A stretch of DNA of 64,000 nucleotides from Candidatus Acidiferrales bacterium (GTDB taxonomy: Bacteria > Acidobacteriota > Terriglobia > Acidiferrales > UBA7541), in contig DASUAV010000174.1 in assembly GCA_035763605.1 (NCBI GenBank), positions 15,994 to 79,993 on the forward strand, in the 5' to 3' direction. Shown in pieces: positions 35,898 through 43,308 of this stretch. Under the pieces are notes generated by a model. The model was given only the letters and a program-made list of their open reading frames with translations, did no database searches and was not told where the DNA came from. Every line of letters begins with the position of its first letter. The stretch's first letter is position 1. The position numbers were made by a program, and so were the translations under genes.

Positions 35898-36783
35898 GGC
35901 TCTGCTCCTTACCTGCTCGAGTTATTTTGCGCAGCAACCAGTGGCAGCCAAACATCAGCAGCAGCGCGGCTACAAAGATCACCCAGCCGGAAAATTCGTG
36001 AAAAAATCCTTCGGCCATATCCTTGCCGAAATGATAGGTCAGTAAGCCGGCACCGAAAATTCGAATGGAATTGCTGACGATAGCAATCGGAACCATGATG
36101 ATGACCATGAACCACCGGATCCATCGCTTGCTTTCGACCAGATAACCGTAGGCGATCGCCAAAGTAATGAGAGTCATCAGCGACCGAATGCCGCTGCACG
36201 CGTCAACGACTTCAAGAGTGTAGTTCGGCAAAATGATCAGGTTACCTTCCCGGAGTACGGGCACGTTGATGAGCTGAAGCCAGAAAGTCGCGAAGCGGGA
36301 AGCCATCAGCTGTAGCGGGAAAGTGATCTGATTGTAGATAAGCACGGGAATTGGAATCATCAATACTAGGAAGGAAAGCGGGAAAAATATGGCCCGCAGC
36401 ATGCCCCATCCCGCGAGGAAAAGAACGATTCCCCCGAGCAGAACCAGTAGCGAACAGCGGGTTGAGAATAATTCAGCTCCCAGTGAGCCCACCAGCAGGA
36501 TTCCGATGGCGGCAAGCATTACAAAGATGCCGAAGTTGGCAGGCTTCATCTTCGTTTGCGCCAGCCTTTGCCGCTCTTTCCAAAGCACGAATGCAGAGAA
36601 AACCGGCACGAGAAAGCCATGGCCGTAGTTGGGATCGGTCCACCAATCCAGAACCAAAGCCTTAAGAATCGCGCCGTAAAGGAGGAGAACCAAGGCTGCA
36701 AATATGCCTATCCATAGAGGCCAGAGGATTCGGGTCTCGGATCTCTGCTGTGCCAGAACGGCCTGTGCCGGGGAATTTGCCAC
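35890..36783 (-). CDS. exosortase (EpsH/Xrt family transpeptidase)
   Basis: 297 aa, GTG start. 'WWTDPNYGHGFLVPVFSAFVLW', catalytic-Cys block 'VVDACSGIRSLMTL' and 'VSNSIRIFGAG' are exosortase hallmarks. About 8 TM segments. Confidence 0.9.
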   Translation of the reverse strand: MANSPAQAVLAQQRSETRILWPLWIGIFAALVLLLYGAILKALVLDWWTDPNYGHGFLVPVFSAFVLWKERQRLAQTKMKPANFGIFVMLAAIGILLVGSLGAELFSTRCSLLVLLGGIVLFLAGWGMLRAIFFPLSFLVLMIPIPVLIYNQITFPLQLMASRFATFWLQLINVPVLREGNLIILPNYTLEVVDACSGIRSLMTLITLAIAYGYLVESKRWIRWFMVIIMVPIAIVSNSIRIFGAGLLTYHFGKDMAEGFFHEFSGWVIFVAALLLMFGCHWLLRKITRAGKEQSHA

Positions 36784-36986
36784 GTTAGTCCACCTAGTTT
36801 GATGCCAAAAACGGGCTGAGTAGAACCCGATTTTGCCAGATCAAGCGTAAACCTCTGCGCATACGTGCAAGACGCTTGCCTAAACCCATGAAAACGAATT
36901 GAATAGTGGTGGATAACACCTTTAGCGACTGTAATTTAGGCGCGTCATAATCTGCCGATAAGAAAGCCTGCGGCAGGCAAGCTGCA

Positions 36987-37004
36987 TGTGCAAATTATTG
37001 CATA
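36987..37004. promoter_or_regulatory. palindromic candidate operator TGTGCAA-ATTA-TTGCATA, upstream of the exosortase operon
   Basis: Lies in the 333-nt gap between the cysQ stop and the exosortase start. It matches the site at 40909..40926 in 13 of 14 arm positions, and the left flank GCTGC..ATG is also shared. Confidence 0.4.
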
Positions 37005-37116
37005 TTTGCCAGTGTTTTTGTTCCTCTCTTTACCGAGCTATCTGATTTCATTCTGCCTGGATCGAGAACTGGTGAGCTATTTTTCGCAAGAGCGGATGAG
37101 TGTTCAGAAGGAGTAG

Positions 37117-37959
37117 TTATTTTGGGGACCTGACCAATGCGTTTGCCCAAGGACGGCAATCCTCGAATTCTGGGCTCGTGATCAGTTCGGAAAGAAATGG
37201 GTGCAATTTGGCCAGCCCTGCAGACGAGAAAGCAATAAGCCCTCGAAAAATGGGATCGGGCTGGTTGAATGTTGGAGGTTCTCCATTGAGCTGCAGGACG
37301 ATGCCGCCCGCAAAGCAGACAAGCGCCACGCCCGCAGCCACGTCCCATTCATGTTTTGGGACCAGAGTCCAAGTGGCGTGGGCTCTGCCGATCGCGACCA
37401 AGCCAAGTTTATAGGCCACCGATCCCATAGCCAGCATGCGAAATTTCGATTTGCTGAAGCGTTCCCATTCTCCTCGCTTGACTTCGCTGCGGCTGCCGAG
37501 CACCAGTGGTTCAAAATCCAGTGCCTTGCAATTGCCGTTTACGGCGCAGTTTGCGGCAGATATGCCAGCTTCCAAGGAGCCATAAACGAGTTCCCCAGTG
37601 CAGGGATTGAGTATGCCGGCGGCAACGAGATGCCCTTCCTCGAGCAAAGCGACTGAAATGCACCATTCGGGGATGCCAGAAACGTATTCTTTGGTGCCAT
37701 CCAGCGGATCAACCAGCCAGATTCTCGAGCAATGCAAACGTTCAGAATTATCGGCGCTCTCTTCGGAGAGCCATCCCTCCCCGGGCTGCACAAGCATGTT
37801 GAACAACAACTGATTGACTTCCTGCTCGGCATCCGTTACGGGATCGCCTCCGTCTTTTCGATTAACGCGGACTGATTCCATCGAGCGGGAACGGTACAGC
37901 TTTGCGCCCGCTTCCAGCGCGCCAACGATTTTCTCTGTGTCTTCTTTATGAGTTGTCAC
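37117..37959 (-). CDS. cysQ: 3'(2'),5'-bisphosphate nucleotidase (CysQ / inositol monophosphatase family)
   Basis: 'WLVDPLDGTKEY' (DPxDGT metal site) and 'EWDVAAGVAL' (WD motif). GTG start 37959. Confidence 0.8.
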   Translation of the reverse strand: MTTHKEDTEKIVGALEAGAKLYRSRSMESVRVNRKDGGDPVTDAEQEVNQLLFNMLVQPGEGWLSEESADNSERLHCSRIWLVDPLDGTKEYVSGIPEWCISVALLEEGHLVAAGILNPCTGELVYGSLEAGISAANCAVNGNCKALDFEPLVLGSRSEVKRGEWERFSKSKFRMLAMGSVAYKLGLVAIGRAHATWTLVPKHEWDVAAGVALVCFAGGIVLQLNGEPPTFNQPDPIFRGLIAFSSAGLAKLHPFLSELITSPEFEDCRPWANALVRSPK

Positions 37960-38032
37960 TCTCTTCCTTTGCTTTCTATTTATTCGATCTCACGAGTGTA
38001 GGGAAGCAGGAAGCGCTTGCAGACATTCAAAA

Positions 38033-38812
38033 CTAAAGCATCGATATGCCGGCGGCTACCAGAGCTGAAAACAGCACCATTCGGAGCCATGCTGCACGAA
38101 AGGATGTCGCATACTGAGCAGCGATCCACGCAGCCGGAATTGACCCTAACAGTAGAGCCGCTAGTAAGGAAAAATCGACATTACCCAGAATGAAATGGCC
38201 CGTGCCAGCGACCAAGGCGAGGACCACGGAATGCGCGATGTCCGTCCCGACGAGCATCTGCAATCGGCGACTGTAAAACAGGACCAGCAGAACCATTATG
38301 ATGCTGCCGGAGCCCATTGAAGTCATGCCGACAAGGAATCCTCCGATTACCCCAACGGCAATTGCGCCGTTTTGCGGCGTAATCCAGACTGGCAGTCGCT
38401 CGCGAAGGCTTTTCTTGCCTGTCTTCTGGAGGTATCTCTGGAAGAGAGCGAATCCGGGAGTAACAATCAGAAGCACGCCAATCATGATCTTGAGCAGCTC
38501 ATTGACACTATTTCCGAGATGAACTCGCAAAATGGCAAGCGTGGTCACGCCGAGAATCGCCCCGGGAATGCTTCCAAGAGACATTCGTAAGACGAGGCGA
38601 GTATCAACACAGCCCCGCCGGTAGTAAGACCAAGCTGCGCCAACCTTTGTAGCAGCAACAAAGAGAGCCCCGGTTCCGACCGCGAGAATTGGAGAAACGT
38701 CGAGAAGAAGCACCAACAATGGAACGAGGAGCGCACCACCGCCTACACCGGTCAGCCCTACCATGGCCCCGACGGCGACGCCTATGAAAAGCGCAAGAAG
38801 AATGTGGTGCAT
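38033..38812 (-). CDS. TauE/SafE family sulfite/anion exporter-like membrane protein
   Basis: 259 aa, about 8 TM segments. Internally duplicated 'GVGGG.L.VP.L' type motif ('LTGVGGGALLVPLLVLLL' and 'MGSGSIIMVLLVL'). Confidence 0.75.
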   Translation of the reverse strand: MHHILLALFIGVAVGAMVGLTGVGGGALLVPLLVLLLDVSPILAVGTGALFVAATKVGAAWSYYRRGCVDTRLVLRMSLGSIPGAILGVTTLAILRVHLGNSVNELLKIMIGVLLIVTPGFALFQRYLQKTGKKSLRERLPVWITPQNGAIAVGVIGGFLVGMTSMGSGSIIMVLLVLFYSRRLQMLVGTDIAHSVVLALVAGTGHFILGNVDFSLLAALLLGSIPAAWIAAQYATSFRAAWLRMVLFSALVAAGISML

Positions 38813-38826
38813 CTCGCTCGTTCTCT

Positions 38827-40572
38827 CTAAGAGTTAGATTCCGCCGCCTCGCCGACGTAACCTTCTTTTTCCAGATACAACATGATCTCCTGGGCCGCCT
38901 CTTCTGGGCTCATCTCGGCAGTGTTGAGAACGATTTCTGGGTCGCTGGGCTCCTCGTAGGGATCGGAAATCCCGGTAAACGTCGGAATGAGTCCAGCTCG
39001 GGCTTTTGCGTACAACCCCTTTCTGTCGCGCTGCTCGCAAATTTCCAAGGAGGTGGATGTGTGCACCAGAATGAAACCGCCCGAACTTGAAACCAGCTGG
39101 CGCACTTCTTTCCGAATGCTGTCATACGGCGCAATTGGCGCGCAGACTGCAATCCCACCATTCTTGGTAATTTCGTGCGCCACAAATCCGATTCGTCGAA
39201 TATTGAGGTCGCGATGCTCTTTTGAAAACGTCAGTTCAGAAGAGAGGTTCTTGCGCACGATATCGCCGTCGAGCAGCGTCACCGGTCTTCCGCCCATCTC
39301 CAGAAATTTGACCAGCAGAACGTTGGCAATAGTGGACTTTCCAGAGCCGGAGAGACCGGTAAAGAAGACCGTGAAACCTTGTTTACTTCGCGGAGGGTAA
39401 GTTCGGCGCAGTTCCGTAACCACCTGCGGATATGTAAACCAGGTGGGAATCTCGCGGCCTTGAGCGAGCCGAGCGCGCAGTTCGGTTCCCGAAATATTCA
39501 AGACGCGGCTGCCCTGTGGAACTTCATCCTCCGGCATGTAGGTGTCTTTGTCTTCGAGGTAGACCATCATTTTGAACGGCACCATGGTCACGCCGATTTC
39601 TTGTTGAAATTGCTGCAAGAGCTTCTGCGCTCCATAGGGATCATAGAATGGCTTCCCCTTGGAATCCTTTCCTGGACCAGCATGATCGCGGCCCACAATA
39701 AAATGTGTGCAGCCAAAATTCTTACGGATGATGGCGTGCCAAACGGCCTCACGCGGCCCGCCCATACGCATCGCGAGAGGTAGCAGCCCGAGCTTAACTG
39801 TGTTTGCAGGATAATGAGGGAGAATTGCCTGGTAACAACGAACTCGCGTGTAGTGGTCCACATCGCCAGGCTTGGTCATTCCCACAGACGGCTGAATGAA
39901 TAGGTTCGCGGACGCTTCCTTCGCGGCGCGAAAGGTAAGCTCAACGTGGGCGCGATGCATGGGATTGCGAGTCTGAAAAGCAACCACTCGACGCCATCCG
40001 AGCCGCGCAAATTCTGCGCGCGTCTCCGCGGGAGTCAATCGAAGAGAACGATAATCGTAATGCGCCGGAAGCTGCAAGCCGTCGATTTTCCCGGACACAT
40101 ACACCGGATTGGCCCTTTGCATCGCATAGACTGCGCCGGGGTGCAAAGAATCCGTCGTACCGAAGACACTCTCCGCTTCCTTTTGACGGTCCGGCTCCCA
40201 TAATTCTTCAACGTGCAGCGCTGCCAGCATTACGCCTTCAGGATCTCGCAATGCGAGTGTGGCACCGGGCTTGAGTTTCTTCGCAAACTCCGCGCCAATG
40301 TCTAAAACAATAGGCATGGGCCAGACTAAGCCTCCGGCGAGATGCATGGTCGAGCAAACCGACTCATAATCAGCACGGCTCATGAAACCCTGAAGAGGCG
40401 AAAATCCGCCATTCATCAGCAACTCGAGATCGCAAAGCTGTCGAGGTGTGAGGTCAAGCGAAGGCCATTCCTTTGAGGCAGAACGCAATTCTTCTCGACG
40501 CTTCGCGTCCACGATGAGATTAACGAGGGTACCGCCGTGGGGTGGATTCAAGTGCTCGGGCTTGTTATTCAT
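38827..40572 (-). CDS. bifunctional sulfate adenylyltransferase (ATP sulfurylase) / adenylylsulfate (APS) kinase
   Basis: ATP-sulfurylase motifs 'FQTRNPMHRAHVEL' and 'HFIVGRDHAG'. The C-terminal APS kinase has the P-loop 'FFTGLSGSGKSTIANVL'. ATG 40572 (MNNKPEHLNPPHGGTL) fits the usual Sat N-terminus; the longest ORF reaches 40638. Confidence 0.9.
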   Translation of the reverse strand: MNNKPEHLNPPHGGTLVNLIVDAKRREELRSASKEWPSLDLTPRQLCDLELLMNGGFSPLQGFMSRADYESVCSTMHLAGGLVWPMPIVLDIGAEFAKKLKPGATLALRDPEGVMLAALHVEELWEPDRQKEAESVFGTTDSLHPGAVYAMQRANPVYVSGKIDGLQLPAHYDYRSLRLTPAETRAEFARLGWRRVVAFQTRNPMHRAHVELTFRAAKEASANLFIQPSVGMTKPGDVDHYTRVRCYQAILPHYPANTVKLGLLPLAMRMGGPREAVWHAIIRKNFGCTHFIVGRDHAGPGKDSKGKPFYDPYGAQKLLQQFQQEIGVTMVPFKMMVYLEDKDTYMPEDEVPQGSRVLNISGTELRARLAQGREIPTWFTYPQVVTELRRTYPPRSKQGFTVFFTGLSGSGKSTIANVLLVKFLEMGGRPVTLLDGDIVRKNLSSELTFSKEHRDLNIRRIGFVAHEITKNGGIAVCAPIAPYDSIRKEVRQLVSSSGGFILVHTSTSLEICEQRDRKGLYAKARAGLIPTFTGISDPYEEPSDPEIVLNTAEMSPEEAAQEIMLYLEKEGYVGEAAESNS

Positions 40573-41112
40573 AGGAAAGTTGGAACGTGAACTATGCCTC
40601 CCATTGAGATTTTTACTTCCTTGCGGTCGCCACATCAATATCGAACGGCTCGCTATGCGCGACTCACCTGTCTTATTTGTTCACCTTAATCCTATTCGTA
40701 AAAACTAGGAGAAACAGAAGCCACGAGGACCTAATCGGGACATGGTCAAAAAATCACTTCCGTGCGCGCCAGAACGGACATTGTGAATCCGCGTCAATGA
40801 CAAAGCAATTCGCGCTCCGAACATGACCAGAAACCCATTGCGCAACATACGTCATTACATAGGATTACATCGGAAAACTCAAAAATCAAAGTTAGATCTT
40901 GCTGCCGATGTGCAACCTATTGCACAGTACCAGCCCTGCCCGTTCCATATACGTCCGCGCTCTTGTTCCGTCCAAATGTGAGATGACCTCCGGCACGATG
41001 ACGGCGATTTCTAAGCTACTGCGAGGTAGATTTGCTAGAATTTTTGCGCTGTCGACAAAGGCGAGCCATCGAATAGAAGTTCGAATCAACGTTTGGCAAA
41101 AAGGCAAAGAGT
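40573..41112. promoter_or_regulatory. long, visibly AT-richer divergent intergenic region (sat/cysC <-> deacetylase)
   Basis: About 540 nt with no convincing ORF. Contains the palindrome at 40909..40926 and an 8-bp palindrome TTGCGCAA near 40837. Confidence 0.4.
40909..40926. promoter_or_regulatory. perfect palindromic candidate operator TGTGCAA-CCTA-TTGCACA
   Basis: Perfect 7-bp inverted repeat with a 4-nt spacer, 187 nt upstream of the deacetylase ATG 41113. Near-identical copy at 36987..37004. Confidence 0.4.
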
Positions 41113-42198
41113 ATGTCTCCGCGTGAAATCAATCCGGACGGTTTGCACGAACGTAGAAATCGTCGATCGTGGCCCATACCGTTGGGCTTCGAGTTGGCAA
41201 AGCTAGTCGGCCCGCGATATGCGCTGCGTTGCCTGCTGTTTCATGACGTTGCCGATGAGGTGTCGGAGTTTACAGATGGTCTGGGCGTGACGCTTGGCGT
41301 TCCCGGGTTCGAGGCGCTGATCCGTTTCGTCTCGCGCTACTACACGGCAATCACGTTAGAAGATTACCTCGGCTTTCAAGCGAGTGGGAAGTTTCCGCCG
41401 CGCCCGGTCCTGATCACGTTTGATGACGCGTACGCATCAGTGGCTTCGAATGCAGCTCCCATCCTAAAAGAATACGGAGTTCCCGCCGTGTTCTTTGTCA
41501 CCGCCTCCCTTGTGGGAAATGAGGAGTTAGGTCTGGACAATCTGCTCTGCTATGTGACCAATAGGTTCGGATTTGAAGCAGTGCAAGCCGTGGGCCGTCA
41601 GTTTTCATCTGAACGAAGGGAATTCGAGTCGCTTGAGCAGGTTTTCGATGACTTGCTTCCGGCAATGTCTCGAGAGCGTATACGGCAGCTCCGAACAGCG
41701 CTCGCTGCGGCAGCAGGAGTTTCGACGCGAGAGCTGGCCCAAAAAGCGCAGCTGTACGTCAATGCGGGACAACTGCGTGCGCTGACACAGAATGGATTTG
41801 AGATTGGAAACCATACCTTCTCGCACGTATTTTGCCGGACTCTTTGTCCGAATGAGTTTCACGACGAGATTGACTTGAATAAAGCAACGTTAGAGACGAT
41901 TACCGGTTCGAGAGTCAGGGCGTTCAGCGTGCCTTATGGCTCGCCGGTAGACCTGACCAGTGAACTTGTCGAGAATCTACGGCGTTCCGGGCATGAACTG
42001 GTTTTTTTGGCTCGCGACCGGCCGAATCCGCCGCAAACGGATCCGTTTCATCTGAATCGAGTCAACATGCATTCCGGCACAGAGCGGGATTTCTTCGCGG
42101 AAATCGAACTGCTTCCGAGGCTTCGCTCATTGGTCGATATCCTTTTGCGAAGAAGACAAGGCCGGAACGGATTGCCGAATCATATGTATCTCGCTTAA
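41113..42198 (+). CDS. polysaccharide deacetylase (NodB homology / CE4) family protein
   Basis: 'PRPVLITFDDAYASVASNAAPILKEYGVPAVFFV' (TFDD motif) and 'FEIGNHTFSH' (His motif). Confidence 0.85.
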   Translation: MSPREINPDGLHERRNRRSWPIPLGFELAKLVGPRYALRCLLFHDVADEVSEFTDGLGVTLGVPGFEALIRFVSRYYTAITLEDYLGFQASGKFPPRPVLITFDDAYASVASNAAPILKEYGVPAVFFVTASLVGNEELGLDNLLCYVTNRFGFEAVQAVGRQFSSERREFESLEQVFDDLLPAMSRERIRQLRTALAAAAGVSTRELAQKAQLYVNAGQLRALTQNGFEIGNHTFSHVFCRTLCPNEFHDEIDLNKATLETITGSRVRAFSVPYGSPVDLTSELVENLRRSGHELVFLARDRPNPPQTDPFHLNRVNMHSGTERDFFAEIELLPRLRSLVDILLRRRQGRNGLPNHMYLA

Positions 42199-42235
42199 TT
42201 TTCGGGAGGAGGATTTCGCTAAAGTTTCAACCTTA

Positions 42236-43060
42236 ATGAGAATCATCCTCGTTACCGCCGACAATCTGGAACACATCTATGTTGCCAACAAGCTCGCCGA
42301 GGCGATCCCGCTCAGCAGCATCATCATAGATCATGGAAGGCGCATCAGCTTGCTCGCCAAGGCGCGGCGTCTCTGGCGCAAATACACGGTCCGGCAGCTA
42401 CTCTCGCGCGTTCACGTGGCAGTAATGACTCGCATCTGGCGAGATGAAGCAATCGGCCGCAGTTCCATGCTCGCGGCTTACGGAGCTGAGAACTGTTTGA
42501 AGTTTTCCCATCCGGAACTGCTCCAGCACATCCATGGCATCAACACACCTGACGGTACGCGAGCCGTAGCATCAACAAGTCCGGATGTGCTACTGATTTA
42601 CGGTACGGTGCTGGTGAGCTCGCGAGTGCTTTCCTTGGCTAAGGTGATTGCCCTGAATATGCACACCGGCATCTCGCCGAATTACCGTGGAGCAGATTGC
42701 GCGTTTTGGCCCCTTTATAACGGTGAACTGGAAATGGTTGGCGCGACGGTGCATGAATGCACGCGTGACATTGATGGTGGGCGGATATTTGGCACGGCAA
42801 GAGCGCGGTTGCGGCCCGAGGATGACGTTTTTTCGGTGTTCGCTCGTTCAGTAATCGCAGGTGCCGACCTTTACGCCGCCAAAGTGAAGGAACTCCTCGC
42901 CGGAGACCTCAACGGCATTCGCCAGGACCTGTCGTTGGGCAGGGAGTACAGAGCGTGCGAGAGAAGCGTAGCTGCTGAACAGATGGTACGAAAGCGTATT
43001 CGAGAGGGCCTGATCAAAAGGTTCGCGAATGCGGTACCGGAAGCAGACCTACACGGCTAA
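42236..43060 (+). CDS. stand-alone formyltransferase (Fmt/ArnA-N-terminal-like)
   Basis: 'IALNMHTGISPNYRGADCAFWPL' corresponds to the N-x-H-x-SLLPxxRG block, and '...ATVHECTRDIDGGRIFG' carries the conserved Asp. 274 aa, with no C-terminal tRNA-binding domain. Confidence 0.7.
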   Translation: MRIILVTADNLEHIYVANKLAEAIPLSSIIIDHGRRISLLAKARRLWRKYTVRQLLSRVHVAVMTRIWRDEAIGRSSMLAAYGAENCLKFSHPELLQHIHGINTPDGTRAVASTSPDVLLIYGTVLVSSRVLSLAKVIALNMHTGISPNYRGADCAFWPLYNGELEMVGATVHECTRDIDGGRIFGTARARLRPEDDVFSVFARSVIAGADLYAAKVKELLAGDLNGIRQDLSLGREYRACERSVAAEQMVRKRIREGLIKRFANAVPEADLHG

Positions 43061-43308
43061 TAGGTTTCCCCAAAATAAAACTCCAAACTCCTTGTATATC
43101 TATGCCTTAGGCCCGCCGACTTGTGCGGTTTTGGGCACGGCCTCACTTACGACCCACTAACACCCCCTCCACTTGGTCCTTGTACTGGACTCGGGCACAC
43201 AGCGGGTACAGGTGCGAGAACCTGAACCATTTTCCGACTACCGAGCAGGTGTTTTGCGTTTCATCTCCCGTCACAATCGCAGCACGGTCGGGTAAAGACC
43301 GGAGTCCA

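Noticed and set aside
35124-36077. 317-aa + strand ORF spanning the prsT start, epsI and the exosortase end
   Set aside because: It crosses three well-supported minus-strand genes and has no motifs.
36987-37004. Reading the TGTGCAA-N4-TTGCA motif as a sigma-54 (-24/-12) promoter, as expected for PEP-CTERM regulons
   Set aside because: With TTGCA aligned as the -12 element, the -24 position reads TGTGCAA rather than TGGCACG, so the critical GG is absent. Shifting by one base breaks the spacing. The dyad symmetry fits a dimeric repressor or activator site better.
40892-41126. ORFs of 71 aa (-) and 75 aa (+) in the long sat/deacetylase intergenic region
   Set aside because: They overlap each other on opposite strands and have no SD, no signal peptide and no PEP-CTERM tail. 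The + ORF runs into the deacetylase start. Most likely non-coding regulatory DNA.
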